Virus record (IMG/VR): IMGVR_UViG_3300035703_000006 | Span: 183,113-247,112 of that record | DNA length: 64,000 nucleotides | Direction: 5' to 3' (one strand) | In this document: piece after piece, positions 1 through 10,382 of the stretch | How positions within the stretch are numbered: position 1 is the stretch's first letter | Layout of the letters: every line of letters starts with the position of its first letter | Made by a program: the position numbers and the translations under genes | The notes under the pieces: model-generated | The model's database searches: none | What the model was told of the DNA's origin: nothing | The model's input: the letters and a program-made list of their open reading frames with translations, nothing else

Positions 1-2
1 TT

Positions 3-3000
3 GGAATTGGTTCTACTGGAATTCGTAAAACTTTAACTTATGATTATATAAATGATTCATTAAAATCGAGTGAAAATGTTAATATTGCTATAGGAAAAAC
101 TTATAAAATTGATGGAACTGATGTACTAAGTTCTACGACTCTTGGTGCTGGTGTAACTATTTCAAATATAAGAAGTGTAAATCCAGGATTAATTTTTGAT
201 AGAACTACATATTCACCAACTTCAGATGATTATTTGTTAATTTATGATAATGCCGATAATCAACTGAAAAAAGCAACAATTCAAAATGCTGCTTTACAGG
301 GTATTCAAGGTACTCAAGGTCTTCAAGGAACTCAAGGAACACAGGGTACTCAAGGTTTACAAGGTCTTCAGGGAACACAGGGCACTCAAGGAACTCAGGG
401 AACTCAAGGTACTCAGGGAACTCAAGGTACACAAGGAACTCAAGGTTTACAAGGACTTCAAGGAACTCAAGGTACACAAGGAACTCAAGGTTTACAAGGA
501 CTTCAAGGAACTCAAGGTACACAAGGAACTCAAGGTACTCAAGGTACACAAGGAACTCAAGGTACTCAAGGTACTCAAGGTACTCAAGGTACTCAAGGAA
601 CTCAAGGTACACAAGGAACTCAAGGTACTCAAGGTACACAAGGAACTCAAGGTACTCAAGGTACTCAAGGTACTCAAGGTACTCAAGGAACTCAAGGTTT
701 ACAAGGTCTTCAGGGAACTCAAGGTCTTCAGGGAACTCAAGGTCTTCAGGGAACTCAAGGTACACAAGGAACTCAAGGTACACAAGGAACTCAAGGTCTT
801 CAAGGTCTTCAAGGACTTCAAGGCACTCAAGGAACACAGGGTACTCAAGGAACACAGGGTACTCAAGGTACTCAAGGACTTCAAGGTACTCAAGGTACAC
901 AGGGAACTCAAGGAACTCAAGGTACACAGGGAACTCAAGGAACTCAAGGTACACAGGGAACTCAAGGTACACAGGGAACTCAAGGTACACAGGGAACTCA
1001 AGGAACTCAAGGAACTCAAGGTCTTCAAGGAACTCAAGGAACACAGGGTACTCAAGGTTTACAAGGTCTTCAGGGAACACAGGGCACTCAAGGAACTCAG
1101 GGAACTCAAGGTACTCAGGGAACTCAAGGTACACAAGGAACTCAAGGTTTACAAGGACTTCAAGGAACTCAAGGTACACAAGGAACTCAAGGTTTACAAG
1201 GACTTCAAGGAACTCAAGGTACACAGGGCACTCAAGGTACACAGGGCACTCAAGGTACACAGGGCACTCAAGGTACTCAAGGTACTCAAGGTACTCAAGG
1301 CACTCAAGGTACTCAAGGTACTCAAGGTACTCAAGGTACTCAAGGCACTCAAGGTACTCAAGGCACTCAAGGACTTCAAGGAACTCAAGGACTTCAAGGA
1401 ACTCAAGGAACACAGGGAACTCAAGGTCTCCAAGGCACACAGGGCACACAGGGAACTCAAGGTCTCCAAGGTACTCAAGGAACTCAAGGAACTCAAGGTC
1501 TCCAGGGTACTCAAGGTACACAGGGAACTCAAGGAACTCAAGGTCTCCAGGGTACTCAGGGAACTCAAGGTACACAAGGAACTCAAGGTTTACAAGGACT
1601 TCAAGGAACTCAAGGAACACAGGGTACTCAAGGTACTCAAGGTACTCAAGGAACACAGGGCACACAGGGAACTCAAGGTCCCCAAGGTACTCAAGGAACT
1701 CAAGGAACTCAAGGAACTCAAGGTCTTCAGGGAACTCAAGGAACTCAAGGAACTCAAGGAACTCAAGGTACACAAGGAACACAGGGTACTCAAGGAACAC
1801 AGGGTACTCAAGGTACTCAAGGTACTCAAGGAACACAGGGCACACAGGGAACTCAAGGTCTCCAAGGTACTCAAGGAACTCAAGGTCTTCAGGGAACTCA
1901 AGGAACTCAAGGAACTCAAGGTACACAAGGAACTCAAGGTATCACTGGGCCAGTAGCAGGTTCTGCAAATCAAATTATTTTCAAAGACATCTCCAATAAT
2001 CCAACTGGTTCTGGTAATTTAACTTTTGATGGATCTAATCTTTATGTCGGTGGAAATGTAACGATTGGTGGTACTAGTGTTCTTATTGCTGCCAATACTT
2101 TAACTGTAAAAGATAAAGATATTATTGTTGGACTTGCAACAACTGCTGGTGGAGTTGTAATTTCCAATGACACAACAGCAAATCATGGTGGTATTGCTGT
2201 TGCTTCTACCGAAGGAAATCCACTAATTGATATTAATGCTGGTGTTGGTACTGATGATATTCCATCCACATATAAGCAACTTATGTGGATTAAGGCAGGC
2301 ACTTTTACTGGTTTGAATACTGATGCGTGGATATCAAACTATGCAGTTGGTGTTGGTACTTTTGATCTTTCCAATGGAGTAAGATTTGCCGCAGGTGGAA
2401 TGAGAGTCAGTGATGACATTACAACTATCAATGCACTTGATGTAAATAAATTGTCTCCAAATGGCACTGATTTTGGTGCTGCATCTTATGTTCCAATTGC
2501 AGATGGTGCAGGAAATTGGAGTTGGGGAACAGTAAGTGCTGCTGGTGCGGCAACAACAAACGCAATTAATATTAGAGATGAAAATACCCCACAAGGAAGT
2601 GCAACAACACTAAACTTTACTGGAGATGGTATAAGTGCATCGGTTGCATCTGGAACTGCGACTATAACTGTTAATACTATTCAAGGTCTTCAGGGAACTC
2701 AAGGTACTCAAGGATTTCAAGGAACTCAAGGAACTCAAGGAACTCAAGGAACTACAGGTACTCAAGGAACTACAGGTACTCAAGGTACTCAAGGACTTCA
2801 AGGAACTCAAGGAACTACAGGTACTCAGGGAACTACAGGAACTCAAGGAACTACAGGAACTCAAGGAACTACAGGAACTCAGGGAACCACAGGTACTCAA
2901 GGAACCACAGGTACTCAAGGAACTACAGGTACTCAGGGAACTACAGGAACTCAAGGAACTACAGGTACTCAAGGTACTCAAGGACTTCAAGGAACTCAAG

Positions 3001-5015
3001 GAACTACAGGAACTCAAGGAACTACAGGAACTCAAGGAACCACAGGTACTCAGGGAACTACAGGTACTCAGGGAACTACAGGTACTCAGGGAACTACAGG
3101 AACTCAAGGAACTACAGGTACTCAAGGAACTACAGGTACTCAGGGAACTACAGGAACTCAAGGTTTACAGGGTTTACAAGGAAGACAGGGAACTCAAGGA
3201 ACTACAGGTACTCAAGGAACCACAGGTACTCAAGGAACCACAGGTACTCAAGGAACTACAGGTACTCAGGGAACTACAGGAACTACAGGTTTACAGGGTT
3301 TACAAGGAACTACAGGTACTCAGGGAACTACAGGAACTCAAGGAACTACAGGAACTCAAGGAACTACAGGAACTCAGGGAACCACAGGTACTCAAGGAAC
3401 TACAGGAACTCAGGGAACCACAGGTACTCAAGGAACTACAGGTACTCAAGGAACTCAAGGTTTACAGGGTTTACAAGGAAGACAGGGAACTCAAGGAACT
3501 ACAGGTACTCAGGGAACTACAGGAACTCAAGGAACTACAGGAACTCAAGGAACTACAGGAACTCAGGGAACCACAGGTACTCAAGGAACCACAGGTACTC
3601 AAGGAACTACAGGTACTCAGGGAACTACAGGAACTCAGGGAACCACAGGTACTCAAGGAACTACAGGAACTCAAGGTTTACAGGGTTTACAAGGAACTAC
3701 AGGAACTACAGGTACTCAAGGAACTACAGGTACTCAGGGAACTACAGGTACTCAGGGAACTACAGGTACTCAGGGAACTACAGGTACTCAAGGAACTACA
3801 GGAACTCAGGGAACTACAGGAACTCAAGGAACTACAGGTACTCAAGGTTTACAGGGTTTACAAGGAACTACAGGAACTACAGGTACTCAAGGAACTACAG
3901 GTACTCAGGGAACTACAGGTACTCAAGGAACTACAGGAACTCAGGGAACTACAGGAACTCAAGGAACTACAGGTACTCAAGGAACTACAGGTACTCAAGG
4001 AACTACAGGTACTCAGGGAACTACAGGTACTCAGGGAACTACAGGTACTCAGGGAACTACAGGTACTCAAGGAACTACAGGTACTCAAGGAACTCAAGGT
4101 TTACAGGGTTTACAAGGAAGACAGGGAACTCAAGGAACTACAGGTACTCAAGGAACTACAGGTACTCAAGGAACTACAGGTACTCAAGGAACTACAGGTA
4201 CTCAGGGAACTACAGGAACTCAAGGAACTACAGGAACTCAAGGAACTACAGGAACTCAGGGAACCACAGGTACTCAAGGAACTACAGGTACTCAAGGAAC
4301 TACAGGAACTACAGGTTTACAGGGTTTACAAGGAACTACAGGAACTACAGGTACTCAAGGAACTACAGGTACTCAGGGAACTACAGGTACTCAAGGAACT
4401 ACAGGAACTCAGGGAACTACAGGAACTCAAGGAACTACAGGTACTCAAGGAACTACAGGTACTCAGGGAACTACAGGAACTCAGGGAACCACAGGAACTC
4501 AGGGAACCACAGGAACAGGTACTCAGGGACTTCAGGGACTCCAAGGTCCTGCTGCCGCAGGAGGAGGTGGTGGTGGATCTTTAACGGTTATTGATGACAC
4601 AACTACAAATGCTACTTGGTATGTTGGAGTTCTTTCTGTTACGGCAGGAACTGCTTCAACCATTCATACTTCATCTACAAAACTCAACTTCAATCCAAGC
4701 ACTGGAACGTTATCAGCAACAGTCTTTACATCTCTTTCTGACCAAACACAGAAAACAAATGTAAGAAAGATTGAAAATGCTTTAGAAATAGTTAAAAAAA
4801 TTGAAGGTGTAAAATATGAATGGATCGACAATCACAACCAACCCTCAATCGGTGTAATTGCTCAGGAAATTGAAAAAGTACTTCCTGAAGTAGTGACAAC
4901 AAATGATAAGGGACTGAAGACAGTTTCTTATGGAAATATTGTTGGTTTGTTAATTGAAGCAATTAAAGAACAACAAGTTCAAATTGAAAAACTGGAGAAG
5001 AAAATAAATGCCTAA
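3..5015 (+). CDS. Collagen-like tail fibre/appendage protein with C-terminal intramolecular chaperone (peptidase S74-like); 5' end lies outside the window
   Basis: Frame is open from base 3 (GIGSTGIRKTL...), so the listed 234 start is internal. Two long Gly-X-Y tracts flank a phage fibre domain (VKDKDIIVG...GGIAV). C-terminus SLSD..KTNV..IENAL..V..IEGVKYEW..IGVIAQEIEKVLPEVV..VSYGNIVGLLIEAIKEQQ matches the S74 chaperone pattern. Confidence 0.88.
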   Translation, partial: GIGSTGIRKTLTYDYINDSLKSSENVNIAIGKTYKIDGTDVLSSTTLGAGVTISNIRSVNPGLIFDRTTYSPTSDDYLLIYDNADNQLKKATIQNAALQGIQGTQGLQGTQGTQGTQGLQGLQGTQGTQGTQGTQGTQGTQGTQGTQGLQGLQGTQGTQGTQGLQGLQGTQGTQGTQGTQGTQGTQGTQGTQGTQGTQGTQGTQGTQGTQGTQGTQGTQGTQGTQGTQGTQGLQGLQGTQGLQGTQGLQGTQGTQGTQGTQGTQGLQGLQGLQGTQGTQGTQGTQGTQGTQGLQGTQGTQGTQGTQGTQGTQGTQGTQGTQGTQGTQGTQGTQGTQGTQGLQGTQGTQGTQGLQGLQGTQGTQGTQGTQGTQGTQGTQGTQGLQGLQGTQGTQGTQGLQGLQGTQGTQGTQGTQGTQGTQGTQGTQGTQGTQGTQGTQGTQGTQGTQGTQGTQGTQGLQGTQGLQGTQGTQGTQGLQGTQGTQGTQGLQGTQGTQGTQGLQGTQGTQGTQGTQGLQGTQGTQGTQGTQGLQGLQGTQGTQGTQGTQGTQGTQGTQGTQGPQGTQGTQGTQGTQGLQGTQGTQGTQGTQGTQGTQGTQGTQGTQGTQGTQGTQGTQGTQGLQGTQGTQGLQGTQGTQGTQGTQGTQGITGPVAGSANQIIFKDISNNPTGSGNLTFDGSNLYVGGNVTIGGTSVLIAANTLTVKDKDIIVGLATTAGGVVISNDTTANHGGIAVASTEGNPLIDINAGVGTDDIPSTYKQLMWIKAGTFTGLNTDAWISNYAVGVGTFDLSNGVRFAAGGMRVSDDITTINALDVNKLSPNGTDFGAASYVPIADGAGNWSWGTVSAAGAATTNAINIRDENTPQGSATTLNFTGDGISASVASGTATITVNTIQGLQGTQGTQGFQGTQGTQGTQGTTGTQGTTGTQGTQGLQGTQGTTGTQGTTGTQGTTGTQGTTGTQGTTGTQGTTGTQGTTGTQGTTGTQGTTGTQGTQGLQGTQGTTGTQGTTGTQGTTGTQGTTGTQGTTGTQGTTGTQGTTGTQGTTGTQGTTGTQGLQGLQGRQGTQGTTGTQGTTGTQGTTGTQGTTGTQGTTGTTGLQGLQGTTGTQGTTGTQGTTGTQGTTGTQGTTGTQGTTGTQGTTGTQGTTGTQGTQGLQGLQGRQGTQGTTGTQGTTGTQGTTGTQGTTGTQGTTGTQGTTGTQGTTGTQGTTGTQGTTGTQGTTGTQGLQGLQGTTGTTGTQGTTGTQGTTGTQGTTGTQGTTGTQGTTGTQGTTGTQGTTGTQGLQGLQGTTGTTGTQGTTGTQGTTGTQGTTGTQGTTGTQGTTGTQGTTGTQGTTGTQGTTGTQGTTGTQGTTGTQGTTGTQGTQGLQGLQGRQGTQGTTGTQGTTGTQGTTGTQGTTGTQGTTGTQGTTGTQGTTGTQGTTGTQGTTGTQGTTGTTGLQGLQGTTGTTGTQGTTGTQGTTGTQGTTGTQGTTGTQGTTGTQGTTGTQGTTGTQGTTGTQGTTGTGTQGLQGLQGPAAAGGGGGGSLTVIDDTTTNATWYVGVLSVTAGTASTIHTSSTKLNFNPSTGTLSATVFTSLSDQTQKTNVRKIENALEIVKKIEGVKYEWIDNHNQPSIGVIAQEIEKVLPEVVTTNDKGLKTVSYGNIVGLLIEAIKEQQVQIEKLEKKINA
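300..1950 (+). repeat. 9-bp periodic tandem repeat encoding (GTQ/GLQ)n
   Basis: ggWactcaa / ggtcttcaa / ggtacacag units directly visible. Confidence 0.97.
2685..4550 (+). repeat. 18-bp periodic tandem repeat encoding (GTTGTQ)n with GLQ/GRQ punctuation
   Basis: ggaactacaggtactcaa units directly visible. Confidence 0.97.
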
Positions 5016-6198
5016 TCAATTTTTCTCACCAGAAGGAGATTTAGAAAACTATTTTGTATCAGAATACTGGTTAATTGACCAGTGGATTGGTGATGAATTG
5101 TGGAATTGGGGATATAATGTTTATGGAAACCTTGGAACCAATGATACAACTCAAAGAAATACTCCCGTCACCACATTTGCTGGAGGAACTAATTGGAATC
5201 AAGTTGATATCGGAGATCTTCATACTGCAGCAATCAAAACTGATGGAACCTTATGGATGTGGGGAAGAAATTTTGAAGTTCAACTTGGAACCAATGATTT
5301 AACCCAAAGAAATACTCCCGTCACTACATTTGCTGGAGGAATTAATTGGAAACAAGTTAGTTGTGGAGGTGGTCATACGGCAGCAATCAAGACTGATGGA
5401 ACCTTATGGATTTGGGGTTTAAATTCTTCAGCACAACTTGGAACTAATGATTCTATTACTAAAACTACTCCAGTCACCACATTTGCTGGAGGAACTAACT
5501 GGAAACAAGTTTCTTGTGGTGGTAATATGACAGCAGCAGTCAAAACAGATGGAACCTTATGGGGATGGGGTGCTAATACTACGGGTCAATTAGGAACTAA
5601 TGATACGACTCAGAGAAATACTCCAGTCACCACATTTTCTGGAGGAAATAACTGGAAACAAGTTTCTTGTGGTGGTATGCAGATAGCAGCAATCAAAACT
5701 GATGGAACCTTATGGATGTGGGGATTTAATCCTGAAGGAAACCTTGGAACCAATGATACGACTCAGAGAAATACACCTGTCACCACATTTTCTGGAGGGA
5801 CTAACTGGAAAAGAGTTAGTTGTGGGGGTAATCATACATCAGCAATCAAAACAGATGGAACTTTATGGACTTGGGGATATTCTAGTTATGGGTGTTTAGG
5901 AAATAATGATACGGGCAGCAGGTATACTCCAATAACCACTTTTGCTGGAGGAGTCAATTGGAAGCAAGTTGATGTTGGTACTCAACACACTGCAGCAATC
6001 AAAACAGATGGAACCTTATGGACTTGGGGATATAGTTATCTTGGTCGTTTGGGAAACAATGATTCGACATATGCACTTGGTATACTCACTCCAATCACTA
6101 CATTTTCTGGAGGAACTAACTGGAAACAAGTTTCTTGTGGATCCGTTTATACTGCAGCAGTTACTTCAGGACTCATAGCAGACCTACCTATCTCATAA
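5008..6198 (+). CDS. RCC1/BLIP-II-like beta-propeller (7 blades), probable tail-associated protein
   Basis: Repeats TPVTTFAGGTNWKQVSCG..HTAAIKTDGTLWxWG; overlaps the fibre gene stop. Confidence 0.85.
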   Translation: MPNQFFSPEGDLENYFVSEYWLIDQWIGDELWNWGYNVYGNLGTNDTTQRNTPVTTFAGGTNWNQVDIGDLHTAAIKTDGTLWMWGRNFEVQLGTNDLTQRNTPVTTFAGGINWKQVSCGGGHTAAIKTDGTLWIWGLNSSAQLGTNDSITKTTPVTTFAGGTNWKQVSCGGNMTAAVKTDGTLWGWGANTTGQLGTNDTTQRNTPVTTFSGGNNWKQVSCGGMQIAAIKTDGTLWMWGFNPEGNLGTNDTTQRNTPVTTFSGGTNWKRVSCGGNHTSAIKTDGTLWTWGYSSYGCLGNNDTGSRYTPITTFAGGVNWKQVDVGTQHTAAIKTDGTLWTWGYSYLGRLGNNDSTYALGILTPITTFSGGTNWKQVSCGSVYTAAVTSGLIADLPIS

Positions 6199-6216
6199 AT
6201 ACTTCAAAAACTTCTA

Positions 6217-6870
6217 ATGGAAATAGCATTAATTCATAATAACTCATTAATACTTGGACCGATGGGATTTAATGTCAGAATGATTAATTCTGACCTAGAT
6301 GATCTTGAATTGGAAGATAGAATAACAACTCAGAGTTACACTAATATTCCTATTCATTTTTCTGACGGATTAACACATCTTCTTTTAATAGAAAAGGAAG
6401 TTCCTGGATATGATCCAAAGTATTATAATCTTGGAAATTTTACTTGGGAAATTATAGAAGAGGGTAATGTTCCAGTTAAAGTCAAACTAACTTATCCATT
6501 AGTTGAAAAAACAATAGAAGAAGTTAAATATTTAAGAAAACAAGAAGTAACTACAGAAAGAAAACAAAAAGAAAATAAAATTATCAATCTCACAATTAAT
6601 GATTCTGAAATAAAAATATCAACAACAAGAGAAGAAAGATTGATGTTAGCATCAAAACTTTCAGCATCACCTGGATTGCATAATTATAAGTTCTCAAATA
6701 CTTGGTTGGAAATCACAAGTGAAAATCTTCAATATATTATTACTGAAGTTGATAAAGTTGTTCAATCTGCTTATGATTGGGAGTTATCAAAACTTCAAGA
6801 AATTGATGCGTGTCAAACTCTTGATGAAATTTATAATGTAATTATTAAAGAAGAAGTAGCAATCGGATGA
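6217..6870 (+). CDS. Tail-fibre-associated protein (DUF4376-like C-terminus)
   Basis: C-terminal KQEVTTERKQKE...VQSAYDWE....EIDACQTLDEI pattern; position among fibre genes. Confidence 0.55.
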   Translation: MEIALIHNNSLILGPMGFNVRMINSDLDDLELEDRITTQSYTNIPIHFSDGLTHLLLIEKEVPGYDPKYYNLGNFTWEIIEEGNVPVKVKLTYPLVEKTIEEVKYLRKQEVTTERKQKENKIINLTINDSEIKISTTREERLMLASKLSASPGLHNYKFSNTWLEITSENLQYIITEVDKVVQSAYDWELSKLQEIDACQTLDEIYNVIIKEEVAIG

Positions 6871-6877
6871 AGTAAAA

Positions 6878-9800
6878 ATGCCATTAGAAGTTACTACTAA
6901 TTTTAAAGATAGTAATGGTGCTGATTTGGGAACAAAATTAGTCACTAAAGATTACTTAATAAGTGTTTATTCTTCTATTGGGCAGAAAATTGGACTTACT
7001 CCAGAATTATGGGTTTGGGGTAATAATGGTAATGGGCAACTTGGAACCAATGATACAATAACCAAAACCACTCCAGTCACGACAGCTGCTGGTAGTTCTA
7101 CTTGGAAACAGATTTCTGGCGCACTTACTTATACTGCAGCAATTAAAACAGATGGAACTTTATGGACTTGGGGTTATGGTGCAAATGGAAGACTTGGAAA
7201 TATTTCAGGATATAGCGCACTTACACCAGTCACAACATTTGCAGGAGGAACTAACTGGAAACAAGTGAGTATTAGTTATGCTCACGCAGCAGCAGTCAAA
7301 ACAGATGGAACTCTGTGGGTTTGGGGAAATGGAGCTTTTGGAAGACTTGGAACATCAGAAAGTTTTCCATTATCTGCTCTTACTCCTATCACTACATTTT
7401 CTGGAGGAACTAACTGGTCAGATACTGCAACTGGAGCTGCAGAAGAACTTTATACTTTATCTGCTGGTTATCGAATTAACGCAGCAATCAAGACTGATGG
7501 AACTTTATGGACTTGGGGATCTGGATCTTCGATTGGAAATGGAAGTTTTAGTAACTCAGAAACTCCAGTCACAACATTTTCTGGAGGAACAACTTGGAAG
7601 CAATCTTCTTGCGGAAGAATTCACTCTGGGGCAATTAAAACTGATGGAACTTTATGGATGTTCGGTAGTGGTGTTAATGGAAAACTCGGAGACAATGATA
7701 CTGTATCAAAATCCACTCCAGTCACAACATTTACTGGTGGAACCAATTGGAAACAAGTTGCTTGTGGAGGATATCAAACAGCAGCAGTCAAAACGGATGG
7801 AACCTTATGGACTTGGGGAGATAATGGTTCTGCTCAACTTGGTAGACTTTTTGGAACTACTATAGCATTCCCTATGATTATAAGTAGAACCTGGGCAGAT
7901 ACTGCAACTGGTGCTGCTAATGAACTTTATACGTTTTCTGCAGGAAAACTTCATAGTGCAGGTATTAAAACTGATGGAACTTTATGGACTTGGGGAAATA
8001 ACTCATATGGTGTTACTTCATCTAGACAACTTGGAAATGGATTAACAACAGATTCTAGTACTCCAATTACTACATTTGCTGGAGGAACTACTTGGAAACA
8101 AGTAAGTGTTGGTTATTATCATACTGCAGCAATTAAAACTGATGGAACCTTATGGACTTGGGGAAATAATAATAGTGGAAGACTAGGAGATAACTCAACA
8201 ACAAATAGATCTACACCAGTCACTACATTTGCTGGAGGAACTACATGGAAACAAGTCTCATGTGGTTCTTTTCATACGGCAGCAACCAAAACTGATGGAA
8301 CTTTATGGGTTTGGGGATCTAATTCAAGTACTCAACTCGGAGATAATACATCAACTCAAAGAAATACTCCAGTCACAACATTTGCTGGAGGAACAACTTG
8401 GTCGCAAGTAAGTGCTGCAGATTCTCATACAGCAGCAATTAAAACTGATGGAACCTTATGGATTTGGGGACGTAATCTTAATGTACAACTTGGGATTAAT
8501 CAGTCAAGTAGTTTTCCCAAATCAACTCCAGTCACAACATTTGCTGGAGGAACAACTTGGTCGCAAGTTTCTTGTGGTATTTTACATACTGCAGCAATTA
8601 AAACTGATGGAACTTTATGGACTTGGGGATATGGTGGTAATGGAAGACTTGGAAATGGTATTATAGTCTCATCTAGAAGTACTCCAATTACAACATTTGC
8701 TGGAGGAACTAACTGGAAACAAGTTTCTTGTGGTACTAATCACACTGCAGCAGTAAAAACTGATGGAACTTTGTGGACTTGGGGTTTTAATAGTGGCGGT
8801 CAACTTGGAACTAATAATACATCTAGCATTAGTACCCCAGTTACAACATTTGCTGGGGGAACTACTTGGAAGCAAGTAAATGCTGCTATGGGTGGTAATC
8901 ATACAATAGCACTAAGAGATGATGGAACTAATAAAGAGTTATTTTCTTTTGGAAATAATGTTAGAGGTCAACTTGGATGTGCGGTTTCGCAAAATATACC
9001 AGGAGAAGTTTTTTCTTACACAAACAATTGGAAGCAAGTTAGTAGTGGAAGGTTTTATGTCTCTGCAATCAGAACCGATGGAACTTTATGGACTTGGGGA
9101 AATAATAGTGCAGCACAACTGGGAGATAATAGTAATGTAAATAAATCAACACCAGTAACTACCTTTGCTGGAGGAACTAACTGGAAACAAGTTTCTTGTG
9201 GTACTAATCACACTGCAGCAGTAAAAACTGATGGAACTTTATGGACTTGGGGAAATGGACTTTCTGGACAGATTGGGAATGCAAGTATAACTATTAGATC
9301 TACACCAGTCACTACATTTGCTGGAGGAACTACTTGGACTGAAGTTTCTTGTGGTTTATCACTATCAGACTCTCATACAGCAGCAATTAAATCTGATGGA
9401 ACTTTATGGGTGTGGGGAACTAACTCTCTTGCACAATTGGGTATCAATAACACAAACAATAAATCAACTCCAGTTACAACATTTGCTGGAGGAACTACTT
9501 GGAAACAGGTAAGTGCTGGTGGTGAGCATACAATTGCTTTGTCTGATGATACAATAAACAAAAGGTTGTATGTATTTGGACTCAATTCGAGTGGAGCACT
9601 TGGAGTTAAAATAAGTGTTTTAAATCCTGTCACAACATTTGCTGGAGGAACTAATTGGAAACAAGTTGCCTGTGGTGGATATCACACCTCAGCAATTAAA
9701 TCTGATGGAACCTTATGGACTTGGGGAAAAAATGACAAGGGACAAATAGGAGATAATGACACAACATCAACAAATAGATTAACTCCAGTCACTACATTTT

Positions 9801-10357
9801 CAGGAGGAACAACTTGGAAGCAAGTTTCTGCAGGAAGAGAACACACTGCAGCAATTAAAACCGATGGAACTCTGTGGGGTTGGGGAAGTAATGCTACTCG
9901 TCAACTTGGTAATAATTCAACAACTACTTTTATATACACACCAGTAACTACATTTTCAGGAGGAACTAATTGGAAACAGGTTTCTTGCGGTGGTTATTAT
10001 ACAGCAGCAGTTAAAAATGATGGAACTTTATGGGCATGGGGTAATAATTCACATCGTCAATTGGGAAATAATGCAACAACGACTTATGTATCAACACCTG
10101 TAACTACCTTTGCTGGGGGAAATAACTGGAAACAAGTTTCTTGTGTGTCTGGCAACACATTATTGGGAAGAACAGCAGCAATCAAAACTGATGGAACTTT
10201 GTGGGTCTGGGGAAATAATTATAGAGGATCATTGGGGACTAATGATATAACAAACAGATCCACACCAGTAACAACATTTGCTGGAGGAACTAATTGGAAA
10301 CAAGTAAGTGGGTCTAGTATAAGCACATTCGCAATCAAGTCCACCGACATCATATAA
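6878..10357 (+). CDS. Large RCC1-repeat protein (21 blades counted, i.e. three propellers)
   Basis: 18 GTLW repeats plus 3 variant blades. Confidence 0.85.
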   Translation: MPLEVTTNFKDSNGADLGTKLVTKDYLISVYSSIGQKIGLTPELWVWGNNGNGQLGTNDTITKTTPVTTAAGSSTWKQISGALTYTAAIKTDGTLWTWGYGANGRLGNISGYSALTPVTTFAGGTNWKQVSISYAHAAAVKTDGTLWVWGNGAFGRLGTSESFPLSALTPITTFSGGTNWSDTATGAAEELYTLSAGYRINAAIKTDGTLWTWGSGSSIGNGSFSNSETPVTTFSGGTTWKQSSCGRIHSGAIKTDGTLWMFGSGVNGKLGDNDTVSKSTPVTTFTGGTNWKQVACGGYQTAAVKTDGTLWTWGDNGSAQLGRLFGTTIAFPMIISRTWADTATGAANELYTFSAGKLHSAGIKTDGTLWTWGNNSYGVTSSRQLGNGLTTDSSTPITTFAGGTTWKQVSVGYYHTAAIKTDGTLWTWGNNNSGRLGDNSTTNRSTPVTTFAGGTTWKQVSCGSFHTAATKTDGTLWVWGSNSSTQLGDNTSTQRNTPVTTFAGGTTWSQVSAADSHTAAIKTDGTLWIWGRNLNVQLGINQSSSFPKSTPVTTFAGGTTWSQVSCGILHTAAIKTDGTLWTWGYGGNGRLGNGIIVSSRSTPITTFAGGTNWKQVSCGTNHTAAVKTDGTLWTWGFNSGGQLGTNNTSSISTPVTTFAGGTTWKQVNAAMGGNHTIALRDDGTNKELFSFGNNVRGQLGCAVSQNIPGEVFSYTNNWKQVSSGRFYVSAIRTDGTLWTWGNNSAAQLGDNSNVNKSTPVTTFAGGTNWKQVSCGTNHTAAVKTDGTLWTWGNGLSGQIGNASITIRSTPVTTFAGGTTWTEVSCGLSLSDSHTAAIKSDGTLWVWGTNSLAQLGINNTNNKSTPVTTFAGGTTWKQVSAGGEHTIALSDDTINKRLYVFGLNSSGALGVKISVLNPVTTFAGGTNWKQVACGGYHTSAIKSDGTLWTWGKNDKGQIGDNDTTSTNRLTPVTTFSGGTTWKQVSAGREHTAAIKTDGTLWGWGSNATRQLGNNSTTTFIYTPVTTFSGGTNWKQVSCGGYYTAAVKNDGTLWAWGNNSHRQLGNNATTTYVSTPVTTFAGGNNWKQVSCVSGNTLLGRTAAIKTDGTLWVWGNNYRGSLGTNDITNRSTPVTTFAGGTNWKQVSGSSISTFAIKSTDII

Positions 10358-10360
10358 ATA
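10353..10360 (+). promoter_or_regulatory. T4-type late promoter TATAAATA
   Basis: Exact gp55 consensus upstream of the modification operon. Confidence 0.7.
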
Positions 10361-10382
10361 TTTTTTAATTAAAAGACTTATA

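Noticed and set aside
205-4544. Long alternative-frame and antisense ORFs (LEF/LKV/SSL repeats) over the fibre gene
   Set aside because: They are a by-product of stop-free 9- and 18-bp periodicity; only the Gly-X-Y frame connects to flanking globular domains
300-4550. Possible CRISPR array or satellite
   Set aside because: No unique spacers; variation is mostly synonymous, so the repeat is coding
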